Shown one piece after another: positions 47,730 through 59,321 of a stretch of 64,000 nucleotides of DNA. The stretch's first letter is position 1. Each line of letters starts with the position of its first letter. The stretch is taken from contig JANTFX010000001.1 in assembly GCA_024763215.1 (NCBI GenBank), positions 27,816-91,815 of the forward strand. Direction: 5' to 3'. A model generated the notes under the pieces. It searched no databases. It saw nothing but the letters and a program-made list of their open reading frames with translations, and was not told the DNA's origin. The position numbers were made by a program, and so were the translations under genes. The DNA is from Candidatus Krumholzibacteriia bacterium (GTDB lineage Bacteria; Krumholzibacteriota; Krumholzibacteriia; LZORAL124-64-63).

Positions 47730-48687
47730 TCGTTTCTTTGTCCTCCTGCAACCGGAGCTGGGGGCAGTCGTGTTCGCTTGTCGGCTCGCCCGGTTCGACG
47801 TGGACGAACACCCTCGAGACATTGTCCACCCCCGACAGGACCGCCTGCTCCACCTGGTGGGCGATCTCGTGGGCCGCGCCGATGGTGTGGGCCGGGTGGA
47901 TGGAGATGCGCAGATCAGCCAGATAGCGCGAGCCCCGTTGCCTGGCCTTGATGTCCCGCACCTCCTGGACGCAGGCCACCTGCCCGGCGGCCTGCCGGAT
48001 GGCCGTCACCAGCGAGGGGTCGGGCATGGTGTCCATCAGGGTCATGACGTTTTCCCGCAGCAGGCTCCAACCCATGCGCGTGATGAACAGGGCGATGACC
48101 AGGGCGGCCAGGTTGTCAAGCTGGGGCCAGCCCAGCTGGGCGCCGCCGATGCCCAGGGCCGCGGCCATGGAACTGATGGCATCGCTGCGGTGCATGGCGC
48201 CGTTGGCCTGCAGGGCCGGGCTGTTGTGCCTCTTGCCCACCGCCAACGTATAGCGGGCCATGACCTCCTTGACCGCCACGGAGATGAGCGAGGCCCACAA
48301 GGCGATCAGGCCGGGGGCAGGGTGCTCGCCCCGGATCAGCTCCACCACGGCGCTGCGCCCGATCAGGAACGCGGTCAGGAGCATGAAGCCGGCGACAATC
48401 ACCGCACCCAGGGTCTCGAAGCTCTGGTGTCCATAGGGGTGGTTGGCGTCGGGGGGTCGGTTGGCGGCCTTCAGGGCCAGCAGGATCCCGATATCGCTGA
48501 GCACGTCGGCCAGGCTGTGGAAGCCGTCGGCGATCAGGGCCGTGCTGCCGGCGGTCAACCCGAAGACGATCTTGCCCGCGGAAAGCCCGATGTTGCCCGC
48601 CATGCCCACGGTGGTGCACCCGACCGGACTCATCAACAAGGTGCTGGCGGAAAAGCCGGGCCCGGTTGCCCGGCGATGCTCCTGCAT
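47692..48687 (-). CDS. Cation diffusion facilitator family transporter
   Basis: Six TM helices with the CDF signature GSTALIADGFHSLADV, plus a C-terminal cytoplasmic domain. Start chosen at MQEHRR. Confidence 0.85.
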   Translation of the reverse strand: MQEHRRATGPGFSASTLLMSPVGCTTVGMAGNIGLSAGKIVFGLTAGSTALIADGFHSLADVLSDIGILLALKAANRPPDANHPYGHQSFETLGAVIVAGFMLLTAFLIGRSAVVELIRGEHPAPGLIALWASLISVAVKEVMARYTLAVGKRHNSPALQANGAMHRSDAISSMAAALGIGGAQLGWPQLDNLAALVIALFITRMGWSLLRENVMTLMDTMPDPSLVTAIRQAAGQVACVQEVRDIKARQRGSRYLADLRISIHPAHTIGAAHEIAHQVEQAVLSGVDNVSRVFVHVEPGEPTSEHDCPQLRLQEDKETISADRNDHPAPR

Positions 48688-48691
48688 GATG

Positions 48692-50497
<1,806 letters not shown>

Positions 50498-50607
50498 GGC
50501 ACGCTCCGGGCTGGGGTGTGAAAGGACGGTTCCACCGCTGCTCATGCTTACCCGCCGCGCGGAATTTGTCAATGACCCTGATCATTCAAGGACCGGAGGG
50601 ATTGGTG

Positions 50608-51759
50608 ATGGCGCCAGCGTGGGATGAGAAGGCCCTGACCGGGTTGCGGACAGACCTGCAGGCCTGGTTCACCGCCAACAAGCGCGACCTGCCCTGGCGC
50701 GGGCGGGATTCCCTGTACGCCATCTGGATTTCCGAGATCATGCTGCAGCAGACGGTGGTCAACGCCGTCATCCCGTATTACCGCCAATTCATGGCCCGTT
50801 TTCCCGACGTGGAGAGCCTGGCCCGGGCGGATCTGGAGGAGGTTCTGGAGCTCTGGTCCGGCCTGGGATACTACCGTAGGGCCCGCCTGCTGCACCGGGC
50901 GGCGCGGCTGGTCACCTCGGAACTGGGGGGAGAATTGCCCCGGACCCGGGACCAGTGGCTCGGATTGCCGGGGGTGGGGGACTACGCCGCCGGCGCCATC
51001 GCCAGCCTGGGGCTGTCCGAGTGCGTGCCCGCGGTGGACGCCAACGCCCGCAGGGTGCTGGCGCGGTGGCTCTGCGCCGATGCCGCCTGCGTCGCCGCCA
51101 TGACCCCCGGCCGGCTTGCCGGATTGGCGGCCGAGGCGGTCGACCCTCGCGCGCCGGGTGACTGGAACGAAGCGGTCATGGAGCTGGGGGCTCTGGTCTG
51201 CCGCGCCGACAACCCGCGGTGTGGTGAATGTCCGGTCCGCCGCTGGTGCCGGTCCGGACGGGCCGGTACAGCTGCCGCCGTGGGCGGTGCGGCGCCGCGG
51301 CCCCCCACGATGCCGGTGGTCCTGGCGCACCTGGTGGTCACCTGGCGGGGCCGGGTCCTGCTTGCTCCTCCGGGAGAGGCTCCCGTTGCTGCCGTTGCGG
51401 CGGATGACCAGGCCGTGCGCGACGATTTCACGGGTCTGCACCCGGGGCTGTTCGGCCTGCCCACCTCCGCCTGGCTCGAGCCGGGTGCGGACCTGGACCC
51501 GGAGAGGTTGTGGAGGCCCTTCCTGAAAGCCGGCGGGGTCCGGACGTCGTGGGGGGCGTTGTCGACGGCGGGAACTTGCCGCCACGCCATCACCCGGTAT
51601 CGTCTGAAAATACAAGTGCATACCCTGCCGTTGCCCGCCTCGGCACCGGATCGAAGGTTCGCCTGGCCGGCAGGGTGGCGGTTTCACCCCTGGCCTCTCG
51701 ATGGCCTGCCGGTATCGCGGCAGGCGGGCAAAGTGCTGGCATCGGTCCTGGGGTCATGA
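50608..51759 (+). CDS. mutY: A/G-specific adenine DNA glycosylase
   Basis: Begins LQAWFTANKRDLPWR...YAIWISEIMLQQT. HhH-GPD. A 4Fe-4S loop CRADNPRCGECPVRRWC. A C-terminal NUDIX-like domain. Confidence 0.9.
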   Translation: MAPAWDEKALTGLRTDLQAWFTANKRDLPWRGRDSLYAIWISEIMLQQTVVNAVIPYYRQFMARFPDVESLARADLEEVLELWSGLGYYRRARLLHRAARLVTSELGGELPRTRDQWLGLPGVGDYAAGAIASLGLSECVPAVDANARRVLARWLCADAACVAAMTPGRLAGLAAEAVDPRAPGDWNEAVMELGALVCRADNPRCGECPVRRWCRSGRAGTAAAVGGAAPRPPTMPVVLAHLVVTWRGRVLLAPPGEAPVAAVAADDQAVRDDFTGLHPGLFGLPTSAWLEPGADLDPERLWRPFLKAGGVRTSWGALSTAGTCRHAITRYRLKIQVHTLPLPASAPDRRFAWPAGWRFHPWPLDGLPVSRQAGKVLASVLGS

Positions 51760-51836
51760 GGTTGACAATCCGGCTGCAATCGACCTTTTTTGCCTGGGGG
51801 TCGCAACGGGAATGGACACAGAGGTAGGTTGAGCAC

Positions 51837-52235
51837 ATGCTTCAGATCACAAGGCAGACCGAGTACGCCATCAGGGGTCTTCAGGAACTCGCCCGCAGGG
51901 ATCCTTCCCACCCCATCCAGCTCAAGGTCATCGCGGCCTCCTGCGAGGTGTCGGAGGCTTTTCTGGCCAAGATCTTCCAGATGCTGGCCCAGGCCGGGAT
52001 CGTCAAGTCGCACCGGGGGGTCAAGGGCGGTTTCAGCATGGGCCGCCCCGCCGAGGATATCACCCTGCGTGAGATCGTCGAGGTCTGCGAGGGAGGCATC
52101 GCCCTCAACCACTGCCTGCGCAAGGTCGACCCCTGCAAGGACGTCGACACGTGTTCGGTGGCCGAGGTCTGGCGCCGGGCCCAAACTGCCCTGACCGGGG
52201 CCCTCGAGGAAACCAGCCTGGCCGATGTGATCTGA
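51837..52235 (+). CDS. Rrf2-family transcriptional regulator, probable Fe-S cluster sensor
   Basis: wHTH (EVSEAFLAKIFQMLAQAGIVKSHRGVKGG). Three clustered Cys (HCLRKVDPCKDVDTC) as in IscR/NsrR. Confidence 0.85.
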   Translation: MLQITRQTEYAIRGLQELARRDPSHPIQLKVIAASCEVSEAFLAKIFQMLAQAGIVKSHRGVKGGFSMGRPAEDITLREIVEVCEGGIALNHCLRKVDPCKDVDTCSVAEVWRRAQTALTGALEETSLADVI

Positions 52236-52300
52236 GTCCCTGCTCTTTTTCCGCGATCCTGAAGCCCTTCTCCCCCTGGAGGAGGGCTTTTTCTTGGGGG

Positions 52301-53353
52301 CTAGGCGGGCCGGGAGCGGCGGCGGCGCAGCTGGCCGCAGGCCGCGGTGATGTCCTGGCCGCCGCTGGCGCGGATGAAGGCGCCGATGCCGGCATCGGTC
52401 AGGACGCGCTGGAAGGCGAGGGTCCGCTCGGGGCCTGGGGCGGTCTGGTCGTCGTCATCCAGAGGGTTCAGGGGGATCAGGTTGACCTTGAAGGGGCGGT
52501 GCCGCAGAAGATCCGCCAGGCGCCTCGCCTGGTTCAGATGGTCGGTCCTGCCCTCGATCAACACCCAGGCGATGGTGCCCTTGCGCCCGCTGCGTTTCCC
52601 GTAGCGCTCGGCCAGGTCCAGGACCTCGGTCACGGGCGTGCGCCCGGGGACGGGCATGACGGCCTTGCGCTCGGCGTCGTCGCTGCCGCCCAGGCTCAAG
52701 GTCAGGCCCACCGCCAGGTCCGAGGCCAGCAGCCGGCGCAGGCCGTCGCCCGGGCCGCTGGTGGAGATCCTGATCCGCCGCCGGGAAAACCCCAGGCACC
52801 TGGCATCCAGCATGATGCCGATGGCCGACTCCAGGGCGGGGAAATTGTCGAGGGGTTCGCCCATGCCCATGAACACGATGTTGGGATGGCCGTCGCTGCC
52901 GGGCAAGGGCTCCCGGTCCAGATCCTGCCGCAGCAGCAGCACCTGCTGGATGATCTCGCCGGGCACAAGGCCGCGGACCAGCCCGCCGCGCGCGGTGGCG
53001 CAGAAACGGCAGGCCATCCGGCAGCCGACCTGGGTGGACAGGCAGAAGGTCACGTGGTCGGCCATGGGAATGATGACGCTCTCGATGGTGTGGCCGTCCC
53101 GCAGGCCGAACAGGAACTTGCGCGTGCCGTCGCCGGAGACCTGCCGCTCGACCTGCTTGAGCGCGCGCAGGTCGCACGCCTCGGCCAGACCCGCGCGCAG
53201 CACGCCGGGGATGTTGGCCATCGCCTCCCATGACAGGACCGGGTGCCGGTACAGCCAATCCAAAAGCTGCCGCGCCCGGAAGGCGGGTTGGCCGCGATCG
53301 GTGACCAGGGTTTCGAGGTCCTCCGGTGCCAGGCTGTGCAGAAGTTCCTTCAA
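52301..53353 (-). CDS. rlmN: 23S rRNA (adenine2503-C2)-methyltransferase RlmN (radical SAM)
   Basis: Radical-SAM CxxxCxxC (CRMACRFC). The N-terminal FRARQLLDWLY region. The TTG start (codon at 53353..53351) has an AGAGGA RBS. Confidence 0.88.
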   Translation of the reverse strand: MKELLHSLAPEDLETLVTDRGQPAFRARQLLDWLYRHPVLSWEAMANIPGVLRAGLAEACDLRALKQVERQVSGDGTRKFLFGLRDGHTIESVIIPMADHVTFCLSTQVGCRMACRFCATARGGLVRGLVPGEIIQQVLLLRQDLDREPLPGSDGHPNIVFMGMGEPLDNFPALESAIGIMLDARCLGFSRRRIRISTSGPGDGLRRLLASDLAVGLTLSLGGSDDAERKAVMPVPGRTPVTEVLDLAERYGKRSGRKGTIAWVLIEGRTDHLNQARRLADLLRHRPFKVNLIPLNPLDDDDQTAPGPERTLAFQRVLTDAGIGAFIRASGGQDITAACGQLRRRRSRPA

Positions 53354-53521
53354 GCGTGGTCCTCTCTGGAGGCGGAGCTGCGGATGACGGTCGATCCCGA
53401 TATCATGTTCCGGATGACAACATGCGGGGTGTCGTCCACAATGTGGCCGTGACGCCACGAGGTGGCAAGTATGCAGGCGGGCCTCCGGCACCGGTGGCCA
53501 TCAAATCCTGGGGAGCGAACG

Positions 53522-54883
53522 GTGAAGAAGATCCTGGTCGTCGATGACGAAGCCGCCATCCGGGAGACCCTGGAACAGATCCTGGGCTACGAGGGCTACC
53601 ATGTGCAGAAGGCCGGATCCGGACCCGAGGCCTTGCAGCTGATGTCCTCAGGGCTGCCGGATGTGGTCCTGCTGGACGTCAAGATGCCGGGGATGGACGG
53701 CTTCGAGGTCCAGCAGCAGGTGGCGGCTCGGGGCTGGGATGTCCCGATCATCGTGATCTCCGGGCACGGCAACATCGAAACCGCCGTGGAGGCGGTGCGC
53801 AAGGGCGCCTATGATTTCCTGGAAAAACCCCTGGACCGCTCCCGGTTGCTGCTGACCATCGCCAACTGCCTGGGGCACCACAAGGTGGTCAGGGACAACC
53901 GCGTTCTCCAGCAGCAGCTGCTCGAGGGGCCTCCCCTGGTGGGCGACAGCCCGGCCATGCTGCAGGTCAAGGACTTCATCACCAAGGTCGCCGCCAGCGA
54001 CGCCACGGTCCTGATCACCGGGGAGAACGGCACGGGCAAGGAGCTGGTGGTCAAGGCGATCCACCGCGCCAGCTCCCGGGCCGACAGGCCCCTGGTGGAA
54101 GTCAATTGCGCGGCCATCCCCCGCGACCTGGTCGAGAGCGAATTGTTCGGTCACGAGAAGGGCAGTTTCACCGGGGCCGACCGCCCGCGGACCGGGAAGT
54201 TCGAGCAGGCCGACGGGGGCACCCTGTTCCTGGACGAGATCGGGGATATGAACGAGCAGGCCCAGGCCAAGGTTCTCAAGGCCGTGGAGGAGAGCCGCTT
54301 CCAGAGGGTGGGTGGGGACGAGACCAGGGAGGTGGACGTCCGGATCATCGCGGCCACCAACAGGGACCTGACGGCCCCGGATTCCGGCTTCCGGCAGGAC
54401 TTGTTTTTCCGCTTGAACGTGCTGGCGATCCACTTGCCGCCCCTGCGGGAAAGGGGGGATGATGTCGAGCTGCTGCTGAACTGGTTCATGGCCGACCTGG
54501 GACGCAGGCTCAAGCGCAAACCCCTGCGGTTCCACCCCGACGCGCTGGCGATCCTGAAGGCCTACTCCTGGCCGGGGAATGTGCGAGAATTGCGTAACCT
54601 CGTGGAAAGACTGTTGATTATGGCTGCCGGGGAGACCGTCAAGCCCGTGGATCTGCCGCCCATGAATGTGGTGGCTCAGGAGGCGGGCATGGAGGAGGGG
54701 CTGCTGGCGTGCGGCGATTTCCAGGAGTTCAAATCGCGCAGCGAGGCGATATTTCTGCAACACAAGTTGCGGGAGAACCTCTATAATGTTTCCAGAACGG
54801 CTGAGGCGCTGGGCATGCAGCGAAGCAACCTCTACAAGAAGATCGCCAAGTACGGTTTGCAGACCCAGCCCGATTTCGGGTAG
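53522..54883 (+). CDS. Sigma-54-dependent response regulator (NtrC family: REC + AAA+ + Fis-type HTH), GTG start
   Basis: The receiver domain has the phospho-acceptor context (VVLLDVKMPGMDG). The AAA+ domain has Walker A GENGTGKE and the GAFTGA variant GSFTGA. C-terminal HTH. No histidine kinase gene is adjacent. Confidence 0.88.
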   Translation: MKKILVVDDEAAIRETLEQILGYEGYHVQKAGSGPEALQLMSSGLPDVVLLDVKMPGMDGFEVQQQVAARGWDVPIIVISGHGNIETAVEAVRKGAYDFLEKPLDRSRLLLTIANCLGHHKVVRDNRVLQQQLLEGPPLVGDSPAMLQVKDFITKVAASDATVLITGENGTGKELVVKAIHRASSRADRPLVEVNCAAIPRDLVESELFGHEKGSFTGADRPRTGKFEQADGGTLFLDEIGDMNEQAQAKVLKAVEESRFQRVGGDETREVDVRIIAATNRDLTAPDSGFRQDLFFRLNVLAIHLPPLRERGDDVELLLNWFMADLGRRLKRKPLRFHPDALAILKAYSWPGNVRELRNLVERLLIMAAGETVKPVDLPPMNVVAQEAGMEEGLLACGDFQEFKSRSEAIFLQHKLRENLYNVSRTAEALGMQRSNLYKKIAKYGLQTQPDFG

Positions 54884-55002
54884 TTGACGGGAGGCTTGAA
54901 TTTCCGTACATATTCTTGAGGGAGGTACATCTTTACCCCGGTGGGGCGTTCAGTACCGGGCATGGATTGCAGCCGACGGGATGTTTTTCTGGAGGAGAGG
55001 CC

Positions 55003-55326
55003 ATGAAAAGGGTTGTTCTGATGCTGGTTTTCCTGGTCGCATGGAGCGTGGCTCTGCCCGCCGTGCACCACGGGAGCGCTCTAGCCGGTGACCAGGGAAC
55101 CGTGACTGACGGTGATGCCCATGATGGCAATGGTGGCAGGGTCTTCGATTCCTACGGGGCGGCCGATGATGGTGGCGACGGTGATCCGGGCGATGCCGGG
55201 GATGGGTACGGCTATGCCGACGATACCAGCGGCACGGGTCTGCAGGGCTACCAAGACGTCGATCCCCAGTGGTGGGATTTCCTGTTGCAATTGTTGATGG
55301 AGGTCCAGGCGGAGATCCTGCAATAG
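55003..55326 (+). CDS. Small secreted acidic Gly/Asp-rich protein
   Basis: RBS GGAGGAGAGG. Signal peptide MKRVVLMLVFLVAWSVALPAVHHGSALA. A low-complexity DG-rich core and an amphipathic C-terminus. Confidence 0.55.
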   Translation: MKRVVLMLVFLVAWSVALPAVHHGSALAGDQGTVTDGDAHDGNGGRVFDSYGAADDGGDGDPGDAGDGYGYADDTSGTGLQGYQDVDPQWWDFLLQLLMEVQAEILQ

Positions 55327-55353
55327 ATGGCAGGAGTCGTCGCTATCTGAAAG

Positions 55354-58300
55354 TTGATCCGGATCACCGATCCACTTCCTCGCCAAGGGATGCGGTTGAT
55401 GCAAGAACGGTATGATAGCCGAAAAAACCTGGATGGGGATTCCTCACGGATCCTGCCGTCCCTCAGCGCTGAGGACTGCATCCGCCTCGAGGAGATCGCC
55501 GACCTCCATTTCCACGCCTCCGCCTATTCTTCCTCCCTGGACTACTACCGCCAGCTCTGCCGGCCCGACATCCTGGCCCGCATGCCCCGCCAGCAGGCCT
55601 TCCGCCTGCTGCGCAAGTCCATCGACGCGGCCATCCTGCTGGGGGATTTCCACCATGTGGACCACCTGCTGGCCCACGCCGATGCCTTGCTGGCCGAAGC
55701 CCCGGTCGAGGATCCCGAACTCGCGGCGATCACCAGAGCCATCTTCCAGACCCGCAGGGCCACGGCCTTGCGTGAACGGGGCAGGCTCAACGATGCCCTG
55801 AACCTCGGCAAACGTGCCTTCTCCGTGCTGGCGATGACCGACCTGCATGCCGATGTCGCCATCCTTCAGGTCGGCATGGGGATCTGCTACATGCGCCTGG
55901 GCAAGCTGGAAAAGGCCGAGGAATTCTTCGGCGACGGCCTGGCCACCTTCCGCCGCATCGGCCATGACCTGGGGGTGGCCAACCTCCTGAACAACCTGGC
56001 GCTGATCCACAAGATCCGCTGCCGTTGGAGCAAGTCCCTGGACCTGATGGACCGCGCCGTGGAGCTGGCCCGGAGCATCGGCGCCAGCCATTTGCTGCCC
56101 GGTTTCTACCTCAACCAGGCCCTCGTGCTGCAGAAGACGAACAATCTCGGCGAGGCCCGCGGTTTGCTCGAGAAGGGCTTGCGGCTGGCCGTCAGCCTCG
56201 GCGACCGGTTGCGGCGCACGCGAATCCTGCTGGCGTACGGGCGCCTGGAGATTTTGGCCGGACGCCTGGCCCGGGCCGAGGAGATGATCCTCGAGGGCAA
56301 GACCCTGGCCGACGAATTCGGGCTCCTGCGTGAGTCCACCATCGCCGACGAATACCTGGGCGATGTGCTGCTGGGGAGGGGCGACCTGGAAAAGGCCCGT
56401 TTCAATTACGGGCTGGGTCTGGAAAAGGCCCGCCGCATCGCTTCGGGGAACGATCTGGAAGGTGAACTCCAGCGCCGTGTGGGGCAGGCCCTGCTTCTGG
56501 CCGGTGATCATCCCCAGGCCGTTGCGGTCAGCCAGGCCGCCATCGCGGTCTGCGAAAAGTGCGGTGAGGATTTCGAGATCGGATTCTGTCACCTTACCCT
56601 GGGGCAAGCCTACTCCGCCCTGGGGGATCGCAAGCAATCCGACCATCACTTCCGTCAGGCCATCGGCATTTTCCACGCCCAGAATCTCGGCCATCTGTGG
56701 TGCGAGGCCATCATCCGGTTCTGTGACCGGAGGCTGGAGACTGCGGGCGAAGCAGAACTGCTGCTGTTGCGGCGCTACCTCATGGACGCCCAGGAAAACG
56801 GCGCCGCCGCCGTCAGCGACCGTATGCTGTGTGAGGTGCTGGAGAGGCTGGCAGGAGTCCAGATCGGGCTGAAGCAATTCGACGATGCATTGCTGACGGT
56901 GTTCGAACTGGAACGGATCGGCTCCGGGCTCGGGGACGAAGGCCTCGCCCGCCGCGTCGCCGGGCTGCGCGGGACCATCGAAGCCGGTCTGCTGGGCGAT
57001 GTGCAGACGACCCGGCGGCACCTGAACGCCCTGTCCTCGGTGCCGGGGCTGCATGCCTCGGGCGATGCGTCGGTGCCCCGGAACCTGGGGTCGGTGCTGG
57101 CCGCGGGCATGGAAAGGGTCGAGGCCAGAGGCGGTTTCATCGCCATGACCACCCCCTCGGGCGAGGTGGAGATCACAGCCCGGAACGGCATGACGGAGAA
57201 CCTCTGCCTCCAGCTTACCAGGTGGTTCGGCGCCGCGGACGATGCCGACCAGGAAGCCAGGCCCGTCCTGTTTTCCCGCCTGGGCGCAGGCGACACCTTG
57301 CTGGACGACGTCCCGGCCGTGGCCACCGTGGCTGATTCCTGCATCTTCATGCCCATCGGGCTCTATGGCCGCAACTTCGGCTTGATGTTCCTGGCGCGCA
57401 AGGGCGCGGGGACGAGCTTCCCGCGTGCCTCCCTTGACTTCCTGGCGACCTACATGGGCTTTTTGGCCCTGTTCCTGCACGAGAAGGACAGGGGCACCGG
57501 CCATGGTCAGGAGGCCACGCCCCTGGCCGAGGTCGAGAGTTTCCAGAACATGATTACCCGCAACGCGGGGATGCTCGAGATGTTGGAGTTGGCCCGGAAG
57601 GTCGCCGCCAGCGAGCTGACCGTGCTGCTGACCGGAGAAACAGGAACGGGCAAGGGCCTGCTGGCCTACTCCATCCACGCCCTGAGCCACCGCTCGACCG
57701 GGAAATTCATGGCCATCAACTGCGCGGCCATCCCCGAAGCCCTGCTCGAGAGCGAGTTGTTCGGTCATAAGAAAGGCAGCTTCACCGGAGCTTACCAGGA
57801 CAAGCGCGGCCTGCTGGCCGAGGCCGAGGGCGGGACGGTATTCCTGGATGAAGTCGGGAAAATGCCCCTTGCCATGCAAGGCAAGCTGCTGCAGTTCCTC
57901 GATACGCGCAAGGTCAGGCGCGTGGGGGACAACCAGGAAACCCGGGTCGATGTGAGGATCATCTGCGCTTCCAAGCGTAATTTGCAGGAACTGGCCGCCG
58001 AGGGGCTTTTCCTCGAGGATCTTTATTACCGGCTGCGCGATTTTCCCCTTGCCATCCCGGCCCTGCGTGAACGTCCTGATGACATCATGCTGCTGGCCAG
58101 GCATTTCGTCCAGCGCTTCAGCCAGGAAGCTGGTCTGCCGGTGCCGGATATGGACCATTCTTTCCAGCAATGCCTGCTCGCCCACGACTGGCCAGGCAAC
58201 GTCAGGGAACTGGAGAAGACCCTCCAGCGCGCCATCGTGCTGGCCAAGGATGACCACACCTTGCGTCCCGAACATCTGCCCCGGGATATGAGGCTCCAGG

Positions 58301-58482
58301 AAGCTTCCTCGCCGGCGGCATCGACCTGCCCCTTGCGCGAAACCCTGGCAGTGGTCGAATGCCGGGAGATTGCCCGCGCCCTGGCCGTGTGCAACGGGAA
58401 CAAGGCCGCAACCGCCAGGGCGCTCAAGATCAGCTACCCGAATCTGCTGAAGAAGATCCGCCATTACGGAATCAGCACCTGA
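55354..58482 (+). CDS. Sigma-54-dependent transcriptional activator with a long N-terminal TPR array and a GAF-like domain (TPR-GAF-AAA+-HTH)
   Basis: 1042 aa. Multiple TPR-like repeats across the N-terminal 500 aa. A GAF-like block from about residue 560 to 700. AAA+ with Walker A GETGTGKG, GSFTGA and Walker B VFLDEVG. C-terminal Fis-type HTH. The start is uncertain (TTG 55354, or ATG 55390/55399). Confidence 0.85.
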   Translation: MIRITDPLPRQGMRLMQERYDSRKNLDGDSSRILPSLSAEDCIRLEEIADLHFHASAYSSSLDYYRQLCRPDILARMPRQQAFRLLRKSIDAAILLGDFHHVDHLLAHADALLAEAPVEDPELAAITRAIFQTRRATALRERGRLNDALNLGKRAFSVLAMTDLHADVAILQVGMGICYMRLGKLEKAEEFFGDGLATFRRIGHDLGVANLLNNLALIHKIRCRWSKSLDLMDRAVELARSIGASHLLPGFYLNQALVLQKTNNLGEARGLLEKGLRLAVSLGDRLRRTRILLAYGRLEILAGRLARAEEMILEGKTLADEFGLLRESTIADEYLGDVLLGRGDLEKARFNYGLGLEKARRIASGNDLEGELQRRVGQALLLAGDHPQAVAVSQAAIAVCEKCGEDFEIGFCHLTLGQAYSALGDRKQSDHHFRQAIGIFHAQNLGHLWCEAIIRFCDRRLETAGEAELLLLRRYLMDAQENGAAAVSDRMLCEVLERLAGVQIGLKQFDDALLTVFELERIGSGLGDEGLARRVAGLRGTIEAGLLGDVQTTRRHLNALSSVPGLHASGDASVPRNLGSVLAAGMERVEARGGFIAMTTPSGEVEITARNGMTENLCLQLTRWFGAADDADQEARPVLFSRLGAGDTLLDDVPAVATVADSCIFMPIGLYGRNFGLMFLARKGAGTSFPRASLDFLATYMGFLALFLHEKDRGTGHGQEATPLAEVESFQNMITRNAGMLEMLELARKVAASELTVLLTGETGTGKGLLAYSIHALSHRSTGKFMAINCAAIPEALLESELFGHKKGSFTGAYQDKRGLLAEAEGGTVFLDEVGKMPLAMQGKLLQFLDTRKVRRVGDNQETRVDVRIICASKRNLQELAAEGLFLEDLYYRLRDFPLAIPALRERPDDIMLLARHFVQRFSQEAGLPVPDMDHSFQQCLLAHDWPGNVRELEKTLQRAIVLAKDDHTLRPEHLPRDMRLQEASSPAASTCPLRETLAVVECREIARALAVCNGNKAATARALKISYPNLLKKIRHYGIST

Positions 58483-58980
58483 GCCGCAGGGTATCGGGTA
58501 TTTTTCGTATCTATTCCCGGCAGGACCATTAATTTTCTTTCCATGCCAAGTGTCATGTTTGCAACAGGTTAAAAAAACATGAAAATATATATAAACATTA
58601 TTAATAGAACGACCCTCCATTGCCGGGACGGCCTTCTTTCTGGTTCTGTAACTTGTTGCTAGAGAAGTATTTAAAAATATCGAAATTTATCCTGTTTCGG
58701 TATGATCCCTGCTGTTGTTACGGCAGAGAGGCGACATTGACAGGAAACCTCTTGTGAAGAGTTTGACGCAAATGACATTCGTGTTTTCGGGAGGAATGGT
58801 TCGTACCCTGTTGGTCCTAGGATGAGCAGGGGGCTTTCATCAAGAAGTGCCGGTCCGGTGGCTGTGAAGAGGTGGGGTCTGAGCAACCCACCGCGGCGGG
58901 CAAAGGGAAAGCCAGGATTTTTCTCCCGAAACGCGAAACCTCCCTGGATCTGATCACCGGATCCCAGGAAAAAGAGCCCT

Positions 58981-59039
58981 TCGATCTTGAAAAGGCGAGA
59001 TTCAAGATCGAGTCACCGCAAGGTGGGGCTCTTTTTTTT
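58981..59039 (+). terminator. Double hairpin plus U8 tract (candidate intrinsic terminator / sRNA 3' end) inside the long IGR
   Basis: A perfect 11-bp inverted repeat TCGATCTTGAA...TTCAAGATCGA (58981-59011). Then the hairpin GAGUCACC-GCAA-GGUGGGGCUC and TTTTTTTT (59032-59039). Confidence 0.45.
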
Positions 59040-59165
59040 GGTGTATCCTTCCCGCCTGCTCGTCCCTTTTTGGAAACATTGTCCCCATTCCTAGCCGCCG
59101 TTTCCCTCTGCTTGGCCTTTTTCCGGGCCCTCCGGGGTACCCTGTGCGGGTCGTCTGTGAGAGGC

Positions 59166-59184
59166 GGCATGACCCGCTCGTGCC
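59166..59184 (+). promoter_or_regulatory. Imperfect inverted repeat GGCATGA-N5-TCGTGCC: a candidate enhancer-binding-protein upstream activator site
   Basis: About 120-140 bp upstream of the -24/-12 element at 59306. This is the usual distance for a bEBP UAS. Confidence 0.3.
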
Positions 59185-59305
59185 GAGGCGTGACTGTTCA
59201 ACCTCTTAGATGACAATGCATTAGGATGGGGACGATTCTGGGCTACCTGCGTGCCTTCTACCTCCGGAAGAGAATTCCGCCCCCCGGATGGGTCGGGGGT
59301 CCTTG

Positions 59306-59321
59306 TGGCATGGACCGTGCG
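59306..59321 (+). promoter_or_regulatory. Candidate sigma-54 (-24/-12) promoter TGGCAT-N5-GTGC
   Basis: GG and GC separated by the canonical 10 nt. It lies 45 nt upstream of the lipoprotein ATG at 59365 and immediately downstream of two sigma-54 activator genes. Confidence 0.45.

Noticed and set aside
54990-55006. TTGCA-containing sequence (CCGGGCATGGATTGCA) upstream of the small acidic protein gene, considered as a sigma-54 promoter
   Set aside because: The GG to GC spacing is 9-10 nt rather than the obligatory 11 (G to G). The -24 dinucleotide would be CG.
55444-58620. 1058-aa minus-strand ORF mirroring the TPR-GAF sigma-54 activator
   Set aside because: It is the antisense of a frame with clear AAA+ (GETGTGKG, GSFTGA) and HTH motifs. 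In a high-GC genome, the antisense of a strongly GC3-biased gene stays stop-free. It has no RBS and no recognisable motifs.
58872-59213. 113-aa plus-strand ORF inside the long intergenic region
   Set aside because: It has no RBS. Its codon usage is atypical (AT-rich). It reads straight through the double-hairpin/U8 terminator. It is more likely noncoding.
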